A stretch of DNA of 64,000 nt from an uncultured bacterium (GTDB lineage Bacteria; UBP7; UBA6624): positions 4,274 to 68,273 of the forward strand of contig CAZDPU010000003.1 of NCBI GenBank assembly GCA_964507645.1, written 5' to 3'. Under the pieces are notes generated by a model. The model had not been told where the DNA came from. It was given only the letters and a program-made list of their open reading frames with translations, and did no database searches. Positions 38,109 to 46,585 of this stretch are shown one piece after another (the first letter of the stretch is position 1; every line of letters begins with the position of its first letter). A program made the position numbers and the translations under genes.

Positions 38109-39083
38109 TTATTGTTCGTTTAATCGACTTATAAGCCTTTTGCAAAGAACTCCAATCATTTTTTTCCTATAACTTACAGGAAGTGTTAGGTTGTTATAAG
38201 GTTGAGATTTTTTTTGAATTTTTTCTGAAATTTCAGTAATGATTTTTTCAGACAGCTTCTCCCCTTTAAATTTGCTTGTTTCAGCATCATTAATTATTGG
38301 GTAAGTTCCAACTGCTCCAAGAACAACTCTTAAGCTCTTCATTTTTCCCTTTTTATCTTTCTCAAGGGCCCCTGCCACTGAAACAAGGGGGTAGTCAAAA
38401 GTGTCTCTGACTCTTAATTTCTCATATCCTGTTTTTATTTTTTCAATATTTTTTGGAAGTTTTATTCTTGTAATTATTTCTTTGTTCTCTTTTATGTTTC
38501 GCTTGATTCCATCATGTACATAAAAATCTTGTGAATCAAGTGTTCTTTTCCCATCAAGTCCTTGAAGTTCATATTTTGCATTAACCGCTACAAGCATGGG
38601 AGCTGAATCGCTTGAGAAAGTAGCTACGCAGTATTCCTTCTGGGGGATAACCCTACATTCATCTGCTTCTGCCTTTAGGCAGGAACCCAAAGACGTTCTC
38701 CAAAATGATGTCTGGTTGTAAAAGTAGCACCTGTTGTCTATCAGTAGATTTCCGCCTATTGTTCCTGTTTTTCTGACAAGAACACTTCCAATCTGACTAC
38801 AAGCTTCAAAAAGTCCAGGAAAAGTTTTTTTAGTTATTTCGTTCCTTGTTATCGAATCTAAAGTTGCCAAAGAGCCAATTTCATTTTTCTTAATGAAATC
38901 TAACTTTTTAATTTGTTTCAAGCTTATTAAGTGAGGCTTGACGTTTAGTCTATTTTTGTAATTTTGTAAAAGATCTGTTCCTCCAGAAACATAATCAAAA
39001 CCTTCATCTTTCACCTCTTTTGCAATCTTTATAGCTTCTTCGATAGATGATGGAGCATGTATTTCAAAAGGTGGCAATATCAT
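38109..39083 (-). CDS. Mo-hydroxylase medium (FAD-binding) subunit with a 4-Cys insertion (HcrB-like)
   Basis: SGGTDLL and TIGGNL are the FAD_binding_5 motifs. The insertion NRCYFYNQTSFWRTSLGSCLKAEADECRVIPQKEYC has Cys119/135/143/152. Confidence 0.8.
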   Translation of the reverse strand: MILPPFEIHAPSSIEEAIKIAKEVKDEGFDYVSGGTDLLQNYKNRLNVKPHLISLKQIKKLDFIKKNEIGSLATLDSITRNEITKKTFPGLFEACSQIGSVLVRKTGTIGGNLLIDNRCYFYNQTSFWRTSLGSCLKAEADECRVIPQKEYCVATFSSDSAPMLVAVNAKYELQGLDGKRTLDSQDFYVHDGIKRNIKENKEIITRIKLPKNIEKIKTGYEKLRVRDTFDYPLVSVAGALEKDKKGKMKSLRVVLGAVGTYPIINDAETSKFKGEKLSEKIITEISEKIQKKSQPYNNLTLPVSYRKKMIGVLCKRLISRLNEQ

Positions 39084-41434
39084 TTCTTTTTACCTAAGGC
39101 TGAGATTATTTTTTCAGGGGTCATGGGTAGGTTTCTCAATCTGACACCAACAGCATCATAAATTGCATTTGCAACTGCCGGGAGTATTGGAAGTATCGGC
39201 CCCTCTCCCGCTTCTTTTGCCCCAAATGGACCTTCAGGATCTTCAGATTCAACTATAAAAACATCTACATCTGGCATCATTGTTGGGGGTATGCATCTGT
39301 AGTCCAAGAGGTTGCTGTTTTCAATTCTTCCAGTGCCTCTGTTGTAGTCAAAAGATTCCATTAGAGCTTGTCCTAAACCCATATGAATGCATCCTTCAAT
39401 TTGACCTTCAACAGAAAGTGGGTTAAGTGCTTTTCCACAATCATGTGCTGCCCACACTTTTTCAACTTTCACTAAACCTGTGTCAGGATCTACTTCTAGT
39501 TCACACACGTAAGCATTCATTGAGTAAGAGGGAGAAAGCCCTGCAGCGGCACCTTTATGAGAGCCTCCCATTGGTGCTCCCTTTTCTGACTCCTTACCCC
39601 TCAGTTCATCCACTCTTGGCAAGTCTGGATTTAAATTTGGAGCTTGATAATGCCCTTTTCCATGGAGTGCTCCAGAATCATGAAGAGCTTCTCTTATTGC
39701 TTCAATTATAGATATCGAATTTTCATTTTTAAAATCAAAAATTTTGTCATTTTCCATAACTAGGTTTGTTTTTTTTGTTCCCATTATTTTTGAAGCAGCA
39801 TCTAATATTTGATTTTTTACATCTTGTGCTGCTCTTTTTGCAGCTAAACCAGCCATAAAGGTTACCCTCGAAGAGTATGAACCTAGATCTATTGGTGCTG
39901 TATCTGTATTTCTCGAGTAGATTCGAATTCTCGACATATCACACTTTAGAACCTCTCCCACGCATTGTGCCAGCATTGTGTCAGAACCTTGCCCTATTTC
40001 TGCAGCTAAGGAGTGAACTGTAACACCTCCATCAAAATCAATTTTTACATGAACAGTTGATTGAGGCATTCTTTCCCAGTTTATAGGAAGGGCACTTCCT
40101 GATATGTAAAAACCGCAACCTATACCTATCCCTTTGCCATAAGGAAGTTTTTTAAATTTTTTATCCCAACCTGAAGCATTCTTAACTTTTTCTATACATT
40201 CTTTTATTCCGCAAGAGGTTATACGAAAACCATTTGCTGTTATTGAATTTGCTTCATAGGCATTTCTTAGACGTATTTCACATGGGTCTATATTTGCCTC
40301 TTCAGCAACTTCATCTATTAGTGTCTCTATTGCAAATCTAGAGTTGACAGCGCCATGACCTCTCATTGCACCAGAAGCCGGTTTATTTGTATAGACTCTT
40401 TTTCCAGTGTAATCAAAGTTTTTTATTTTGTATGGTCCGAGACTTAGAACACCATTGTAATAAGTTGTTATAACCCCAAAACTCCCCCATGCTCCTCCAT
40501 CTATGAGAGCATCGATTCCCAGTGATGTAAGCTCTCCATTTTTATTTGCTGAAATCTGCATTTCTGTTTTTGTTGGATGCCTTCCATGATTGCTGATGAA
40601 AACCTCATCACGATCAAATAATATTTTTACAGGCTTGCCTGTCTTTTTTGATAGTATTGCTGCTGCCATTTCATGAGGAAAAGGATCGCTTTTCCCTCCA
40701 AAACCTCCACCAACATAAGGTCTTATTACTTTTATCTTATGCATTGGCATTTCCATGACTTCAGAAAGAGATCTGTGAAGATAATGAGGAACTTGAGTTG
40801 CACTCCACACAGTTAGTCTTTTGTCTGATCCATAGCTTGCAACAACTCCCATTGGCTCTGTAAAAGCATGAGTTACCCCATTGAAAGAAAACTTCCCTTT
40901 TTTGACTATTGGAGATTCTTTGATAGCTTTTTCAACGTTACCAAAATTTTGATTGACTGTTTTGAATATATTGCCTTCGTATTTTGACCATGGCTGTATT
41001 TTTTGATCAATATTGGTTATAGGTTCTAAAGATTTTTCAGGTTTTAAAATTGCAGGAAGCTCTTCGTATTCAACATCTATTAAATCAAGGGCTTTTATTG
41101 CAGTTTCTTCATCTATTGCTGCCACTGCAGCAACTTGATCACCAATGAATGTTACTTTTTCAACAGCAAAGGCAGTTTCGTCTTTTGTTATAGGCAAAAC
41201 ACCAAATCTGTTTTGAGAGTCTTTTGACGTTGCTACAGCAAAGACTCCCTTTAGAGCCTTTGCCTTTGAATAGTTTATTTTTTTAATCTTGGCATGGGCA
41301 AAAGGACTTCTCAATATTTTACCAATAAGCTGCCCTGGCAAAATGATATCATCAACATAAACTGCCTGGCCTGTGACCTTTGCAGCACCATCAACAAGAG
41401 GAGTTCTTTTCCCAACAGTGTGGTTTTTCTTAAT
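39080..41434 (-). CDS. Mo-hydroxylase large (molybdopterin-binding) subunit, xanthine dehydrogenase/aldehyde oxidase family
   Basis: GGGFGGK, AMRGHG and GAKEAGEGP motifs. The conserved N-terminus VGKRTPLVDGAAKVTGQAVYVDD lies upstream of the first canonical start (TTG 41341). I extend the CDS to a putative ATT start at 41432-41434. Confidence 0.8.
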   Translation of the reverse strand: MKKNHTVGKRTPLVDGAAKVTGQAVYVDDIILPGQLIGKILRSPFAHAKIKKINYSKAKALKGVFAVATSKDSQNRFGVLPITKDETAFAVEKVTFIGDQVAAVAAIDEETAIKALDLIDVEYEELPAILKPEKSLEPITNIDQKIQPWSKYEGNIFKTVNQNFGNVEKAIKESPIVKKGKFSFNGVTHAFTEPMGVVASYGSDKRLTVWSATQVPHYLHRSLSEVMEMPMHKIKVIRPYVGGGFGGKSDPFPHEMAAAILSKKTGKPVKILFDRDEVFISNHGRHPTKTEMQISANKNGELTSLGIDALIDGGAWGSFGVITTYYNGVLSLGPYKIKNFDYTGKRVYTNKPASGAMRGHGAVNSRFAIETLIDEVAEEANIDPCEIRLRNAYEANSITANGFRITSCGIKECIEKVKNASGWDKKFKKLPYGKGIGIGCGFYISGSALPINWERMPQSTVHVKIDFDGGVTVHSLAAEIGQGSDTMLAQCVGEVLKCDMSRIRIYSRNTDTAPIDLGSYSSRVTFMAGLAAKRAAQDVKNQILDAASKIMGTKKTNLVMENDKIFDFKNENSISIIEAIREALHDSGALHGKGHYQAPNLNPDLPRVDELRGKESEKGAPMGGSHKGAAAGLSPSYSMNAYVCELEVDPDTGLVKVEKVWAAHDCGKALNPLSVEGQIEGCIHMGLGQALMESFDYNRGTGRIENSNLLDYRCIPPTMMPDVDVFIVESEDPEGPFGAKEAGEGPILPILPAVANAIYDAVGVRLRNLPMTPEKIISALGKKK

Positions 41435-41939
41435 CGGAATTCCTCATTTTCTTAGCAGCTTTCTTTATAGATTTGACAATTTTTATATATCCAGTGCATC
41501 TGCACATGTTTCCTGAAATTTCTTGTTTTATTTCTTCATCTGTGGGGTTTTTGTTTTTTTTCAAGAGAGCGAAGCTTGTCATTATGAATCCAGGAGTGCA
41601 AAATCCACATTGGCTACCTCCTTCAGTATGAAAGCATTCTTGTATGGGGTGCATGTTTTCATTTTCTTGAAGAGACTCTATGGTTTTGATTTTTTTCCCT
41701 ATTGCTTGAATTGCGAGTGTTAGACATGATAAAACCGGTTCTCCATCTAGTAAAACTGTACAACAGCCACATGTACCCATATCACAACCTCTTTTTGTTC
41801 CGGTTAGGTTTAATTTATACCTAATGACATCTAGGAGTAAATCGTTTGGATTTATTGCTAATTCATAAATGTTGTCATTTATGTCTAATTTAATAATTTT
41901 TTTTGTTAATTTTTTATTTGGAAATGGAATTAATGTCAT
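41430..41939 (-). CDS. Mo-hydroxylase small subunit, two [2Fe-2S] clusters
   Basis: GCDMGTCGCCTV (plant-type cluster), plus CGFCTPGF and CRCTGY (second cluster). Confidence 0.9.
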   Translation of the reverse strand: MTLIPFPNKKLTKKIIKLDINDNIYELAINPNDLLLDVIRYKLNLTGTKRGCDMGTCGCCTVLLDGEPVLSCLTLAIQAIGKKIKTIESLQENENMHPIQECFHTEGGSQCGFCTPGFIMTSFALLKKNKNPTDEEIKQEISGNMCRCTGYIKIVKSIKKAAKKMRNSD

Positions 41940-41971
41940 AAGATTGAATTTTATTACTATTATTAAGAAAT

Positions 41972-42760
41972 ATGCATAATTTCAAATTTAGAAAAAGAAT
42001 AGTCTCTCTTTTGGAAAAAGGGGAGGTTTTTGCTGTTGCAAAACTGATACTGGTTAACGGACATGCGCCACAAACTCCAGGAACCTCCATGATAATCAAA
42101 AGGAACAAAAGCATTGAGTTCACAATCGGAGGAGGCCCTTTTGAAGCTGAGGTTATCGAAGATGCTCTCAGCTTGATTAATTCTGAAAAAGTGATTATCC
42201 AAAAGAAGTACAAGCTCAATATTAAAGAATTAGGGATGTATTGTTCAGGAGAGGCAGTTGTGTTGATTGAAGTTTTGAAACCTCCTCCAAAATTATTTAT
42301 TTTTGGTGCAGGTCATGTGGGAGGTAAGCTGGCAGTTATTTCCTCACAGCTTGATATTTTTAATATTTTTTTGATAGATGATAGAAAAGAATTTCTTGAC
42401 GAAGGTTTGTTTTCTCAATATGAAAATTTGAAACTAATTCACACAGACGAAAAATGGATAAAGGGCGTTCCGGAGCCCGACAAAGATTCTTTTTTGGTTG
42501 TTTTAACGCGATGTCATGGAACAGACAAAAATTTAATAAAAAACTATATTGATAAAAATTATGCTTATTTGGGGATGCTTGGAAGCCAAACAAAAGTTAA
42601 AAAAATGTGGAAAGAACTTCAGATTGAGGGTGTGGATGAAGAAAACCTAAAAAAAGTTTATGCACCAATCGGCTTGAAGATAAGCGCAAAAAACCCCTCA
42701 GAGATATCAATTTCAATATTAGGTGAAATTTTAAAAATAAAAACAGCTATCTCAAACTGA
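41972..42760 (+). CDS. XdhC/CoxI-family Mo-cofactor insertion chaperone
   Basis: N-terminal XdhC_CoxI region and a Rossmann-like LFIFGAGHVGGKLA. It is divergent from the Mo-hydroxylase operon. Confidence 0.75.
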   Translation: MHNFKFRKRIVSLLEKGEVFAVAKLILVNGHAPQTPGTSMIIKRNKSIEFTIGGGPFEAEVIEDALSLINSEKVIIQKKYKLNIKELGMYCSGEAVVLIEVLKPPPKLFIFGAGHVGGKLAVISSQLDIFNIFLIDDRKEFLDEGLFSQYENLKLIHTDEKWIKGVPEPDKDSFLVVLTRCHGTDKNLIKNYIDKNYAYLGMLGSQTKVKKMWKELQIEGVDEENLKKVYAPIGLKISAKNPSEISISILGEILKIKTAISN

Positions 42761-44405
42761 GAAGCCTTTTTCTTTCAATAGGGCTAAGGACAAAAAGAAT
42801 TATGAGCTTCAGAAGATTCAAGCCTATTGCTAATGGAATGAAATAAGCATCACTCTCAGTCATTAGTTTATAAGTTGATCCTGATAGTAGCCCTAACCCT
42901 ACAGCAGGTAAAAATATTGATATCCAAGCTGGATAGTTGTCAGCAGAATCTAGTTTTTTTGACAATGGAAGAGCTGGGTTCAGTATGGTATCAAGCTTCA
43001 CAGAAAGAAGGCAATCCAAAACAAGGGAAACAACCATCATTATTGTGTATTTAACAAGAGCACCGTCAGCCCCTACTCCATGAAAAAGAAAATGAACAGT
43101 TAAGCCATAAAAGATTGTGATTGGCCCAAGGTAAATAAGCCATGTTAAGAATAATGTACATCTATGAATAAAAAGAGGATCTATTGGAAGGGAAAGAAAC
43201 CTGAGCCCCCCATCACCATGCTTGGCATATCTAAACTGGTGCACAAAGCTTGTGGATCCAAGTATGCCAATTGCTGGCATTAATGCGGAGAATCCAATCA
43301 TCAGTCTCCTTCCCCAGGTAACTTGGTTTTCTGGACTTATGATATGAGACATTTCTCCTGGTCTAAACCATGCTATTAAAAAGGGAATTGCCAATAAAAC
43401 ATATAGTGGAGGTATGTTTTGTTTTAGTCTTTCCTCCCATTGTAAATGCCTGAAAAGCAAATGGATAATTGCACCTTTTTTGCCTAAAAATTTTGGCCAC
43501 AGTCTTGCAATTGCATATTTTTTTATTTTTCTTTTGGCAATTTGCTTACTCAACAAAAAATCAAAAGATTTAAGTGTAGGCAGCGTGAAAAGAATTGATA
43601 CAAGGATTGCAATTCCTGTTGCTTTCACATATTCTGTAAGATATGCTCCATTCATAAACTCAAACATCATTGAGAACCATGCAGGTGGTAGATACCATAT
43701 GCTAGATCCAGATGAAAGATTTAAATGTAATGCTAAGGACTGTGTATGCCCTGTGCTTGACCAAACAACAAACCAACCTAGTACAGAAACCATGGTTAGG
43801 CTTGTTGCCCAGGAAAGATGAGGTCTTAGGAACTTTATCCTCCACAATATTGAATAAAACAGTATTGTGAAAGATTGTGTAAATGCTGTAAAAAACAGAG
43901 AGACCAAAATAAGACCTATAAAAGAAGTTGCTATTCCAAGGATTGACTCAAAATTAAACCCAGAGCTCAAATAAGGCTTCATTCTTAGGAATATTGTTGA
44001 TGGGAGATTGAAGAATATTGACCAGATTGTTCCGAATATAAAAAGAACAAAAAGTTTTGCTTTTGCAAAATCCGAAGGAGATAAAGGAAGAGACCTTAAA
44101 AGCAAATTTCCTTGATGGGAAAGAATCAAGTGTCCCATATTCAAGGAGGTGAAGCCCAAGAGTATAAAAAAAAGCAATGAAAGTGAAACAAAATTTGTAG
44201 TTAACAAAGATCCATATTGCCAAAGTACAGAAAAAACATAACCTATAGAAGCAAGGCCAACAAGCGGAATTAAGAAACCTATGTTTTCAGCAATTTTAGA
44301 TTCAAGAATCTTTCCCAAGATGCCACCAATTTTTATAGAAATTCCTCTCCTGAATGAAATCAATTCCATTCTTAAGAGAGCATTGAATGCTGATCTTTTA
44401 TTCAA
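42747..44405 (-). CDS. Large polytopic membrane protein, putative ABC exporter permease
   Basis: 552 aa with at least 12 hydrophobic segments. Its start overlaps the stop of the upstream ABC ATPase gene by 4 nt. Confidence 0.45.
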   Translation of the reverse strand: MNKRSAFNALLRMELISFRRGISIKIGGILGKILESKIAENIGFLIPLVGLASIGYVFSVLWQYGSLLTTNFVSLSLLFFILLGFTSLNMGHLILSHQGNLLLRSLPLSPSDFAKAKLFVLFIFGTIWSIFFNLPSTIFLRMKPYLSSGFNFESILGIATSFIGLILVSLFFTAFTQSFTILFYSILWRIKFLRPHLSWATSLTMVSVLGWFVVWSSTGHTQSLALHLNLSSGSSIWYLPPAWFSMMFEFMNGAYLTEYVKATGIAILVSILFTLPTLKSFDFLLSKQIAKRKIKKYAIARLWPKFLGKKGAIIHLLFRHLQWEERLKQNIPPLYVLLAIPFLIAWFRPGEMSHIISPENQVTWGRRLMIGFSALMPAIGILGSTSFVHQFRYAKHGDGGLRFLSLPIDPLFIHRCTLFLTWLIYLGPITIFYGLTVHFLFHGVGADGALVKYTIMMVVSLVLDCLLSVKLDTILNPALPLSKKLDSADNYPAWISIFLPAVGLGLLSGSTYKLMTESDAYFIPLAIGLNLLKLIILFVLSPIERKRLLSLR

Positions 44406-45154
44406 AGTCTTTCAATTATTTCTTGAGAAAGATCAAAATAGCTTTTTTCCTGAGCTTCTTTCCTGAAGAGCTTTTCGAGATTTCCAGGGTTTTCATTAAT
44501 CTCTTTTTTGTCTAAATTGTGTTTTATTTCTCCATCAATAAGTATTGTGACTTTGTCACAAACTCTTTCAACAACCTCAACTATATGACTTGAATATATG
44601 ATTGTTTTTCCCTGCTTCGAAAAATCTTGAATAAGGTCTCTGAAAACAAGAACAGCATTTACATCCATTCCTGATAAAGGTTCATCTAGAAGAAGTATCT
44701 CAGGATTATGCAAGACTGAGGAAGATATCATTATTTTTTGTTTCATTCCCCTTGAAAATGATGACATTTTTTCATGTATAACATGTCCAAGTTGGAAAAG
44801 GTCTAAAAGATCATCGATTTTGCTTTGAACTTCATTTCTTGACATATTGTGGATTTCTCCAATTACATGGAGGAATTCGTGAGGTGTCAAGTGTTCATAT
44901 ATCGTTAATTCCTCAGGAACAAAACCAATTAGCCTTCTTGCTTCAATTGGATTTTTATAGGGATTTAGTCCATTGATTTTTATTTCTCCTGAATCAGGTT
45001 TCAGCAACCCTAGAAGTAATTTTATCGTTGTGGATTTTCCAGCACCGTTTGGCCCTAGGTATCCGTGAATCATTTTTGGCTTTACCTCTAAAGAGATATT
45101 TCTTAATACATTATTGTCTCCATAAGACATGCATACGTTTTTTATTTCTATCAT
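44402..45154 (-). CDS. ABC transporter ATP-binding protein
   Basis: GPNGAGKSTT, FSRGMKQK and LLLDEPLSGMD. Confidence 0.9.
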   Translation of the reverse strand: MIEIKNVCMSYGDNNVLRNISLEVKPKMIHGYLGPNGAGKSTTIKLLLGLLKPDSGEIKINGLNPYKNPIEARRLIGFVPEELTIYEHLTPHEFLHVIGEIHNMSRNEVQSKIDDLLDLFQLGHVIHEKMSSFSRGMKQKIMISSSVLHNPEILLLDEPLSGMDVNAVLVFRDLIQDFSKQGKTIIYSSHIVEVVERVCDKVTILIDGEIKHNLDKKEINENPGNLEKLFRKEAQEKSYFDLSQEIIERL

Positions 45155-45172
45155 TATTTTCTAATTGTAAAA

Positions 45173-45397
45173 TTATTTTGTAAAGTTTCCAATGCCAAGT
45201 CTATACAAAAATGTGAGGATTAAAGATATAAGTATCATCGATGTTATAGGCATATAAAAATTCCAATTTTTATTTTTTAAAAAAATATCTCCTGGAAGTT
45301 TGAAAATTTGCAATCCTGCAATTTCAAAAATATAAACTATGAAAGAAAGGAGGATAACAAAAATTCCTAAAAACAAAATTGCTTTTGAAGCAGTCAT
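45173..45397 (-). CDS. DUF2905-family small membrane protein
   Basis: 74 aa with two TM helices flanking a KLPGDIFLKNKNWNFYMPI motif. Confidence 0.6.
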   Translation of the reverse strand: MTASKAILFLGIFVILLSFIVYIFEIAGLQIFKLPGDIFLKNKNWNFYMPITSMILISLILTFLYRLGIGNFTK

Positions 45398-45846
45398 TTT
45401 TCAATTTCTTCAAGGAGGGAAACTTCTACCTCTACCCTGGGTGCTTCGCCTTGTGCTGCTATTATCTTTTTTACAATCAACTCTGAAACCTGTCCGTCAT
45501 CATTGTATATAACACCACTTAATCCATCTTTGATTGACTTTCCAACATTGTCAGCATCGGGTCTTTTTGCATGATGCCTTTCGGGCCTTGGATTTTTTTT
45601 CCTGTATTGGCTTTTTGGACATGGGAAAAAGGCGCGAATTGTTAAACGTACTGGTCCACTAGCCATGCAAAGTTCATTTTCTCCAAATCCAAGTTTTATT
45701 TTTTCAATCTTTGCCATGTGGCTAATATCCGCTTTATAAGACCTGCTGCCTTTAGGGTCTACAGCTGCAACAAACTTCCCCCTTCTGTAAAATCTTGGCC
45801 TGCCTTGCGGTACAGGTTTTCCGGGGACGGTGAATTTTATTATCAT
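45394..45846 (-). CDS. rusA: Holliday junction resolvase RusA
   Basis: FTVPGKPVPQGRPRF...PDADNVGKSIKDGLSGVIYNDDGQV matches the RusA core, including the catalytic Asp region. The start ATG overlaps the yebC stop as ATGA. The ORF track extends to 45891. Confidence 0.8.
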   Translation of the reverse strand: MIIKFTVPGKPVPQGRPRFYRRGKFVAAVDPKGSRSYKADISHMAKIEKIKLGFGENELCMASGPVRLTIRAFFPCPKSQYRKKNPRPERHHAKRPDADNVGKSIKDGLSGVIYNDDGQVSELIVKKIIAAQGEAPRVEVEVSLLEEIEK

Positions 45847-46583
45847 TGCTGAAGCACATTCTCGTCTATATTTAAATTTGTCCAAACGCAATTTACGTCT
45901 TCAAGATCTTCTAATTGCTCTAATAGCTCAATTATTGAATTTTGTTTTTCTTGATTCTCAATTAAGCTTTCTGGATGGAAGATTATTCTTGTCGTTGTTT
46001 TTTCATTTGTTCCCTTTTGTAATGCATCACTTGCCTCTGATGTTAAATTAAGAGGAACAGTAACAATTGTTTCATTCTCAAATGTTTCAACTTCGAGATA
46101 ATCCTCAATTCCGGAATCGATAAGTATTTCCAATACTTCTTCTTCTTGCATTTTCCTAAAGATTTTTACTATACCGCATTTTTTAAAAAGATAAGAAACT
46201 GCTCCAGAGCTTGCCAAAGTCCCTCCTTTTTTGTTTAGAGCTGTTCGAACTTCTGCTGCTGCTCTGTTTTTATTATCGGTCATTATTTCTATAAGTATTC
46301 CAATTCCGCCAGGGGCATAAGCTTCGTAGATTATTTTTTCAAATGAATTTGAATCAGAATTTTGAGCAGCTTTTATGGATGATTTTATTTTTTCTTTTGG
46401 AAAATTTAATTCTTTTGCTCTTTCGACAGCAGATCTTAAAGAGAAATTGAAATTAGGATCTGATCCTCCTTCTTTTACAGCAACCATTATCTCTCTTGAA
46501 ACTTTTGCGAAAGCTTTACCTCTTTTTGCATCTACTGCAGCTTTTCTATGTTGTATATTTGCCCATTTACTATGTCCTGCCAT
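45843..46583 (-). CDS. yebC: YebC/PmpR-family transcriptional regulator
   Basis: MAGHSKWANIQHRKAAVDAKRGKAFAK and full-length family similarity. Confidence 0.92.
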   Translation of the reverse strand: MAGHSKWANIQHRKAAVDAKRGKAFAKVSREIMVAVKEGGSDPNFNFSLRSAVERAKELNFPKEKIKSSIKAAQNSDSNSFEKIIYEAYAPGGIGILIEIMTDNKNRAAAEVRTALNKKGGTLASSGAVSYLFKKCGIVKIFRKMQEEEVLEILIDSGIEDYLEVETFENETIVTVPLNLTSEASDALQKGTNEKTTTRIIFHPESLIENQEKQNSIIELLEQLEDLEDVNCVWTNLNIDENVLQQ

Positions 46584-46585
46584 AA

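Noticed and set aside
45173-45891. rusA as a marker of a cryptic prophage.
   Set aside because: The flanks have no phage structural, integrase, repressor or repeat features. The gene is translationally coupled to yebC, so I interpret it as a resident chromosomal gene.
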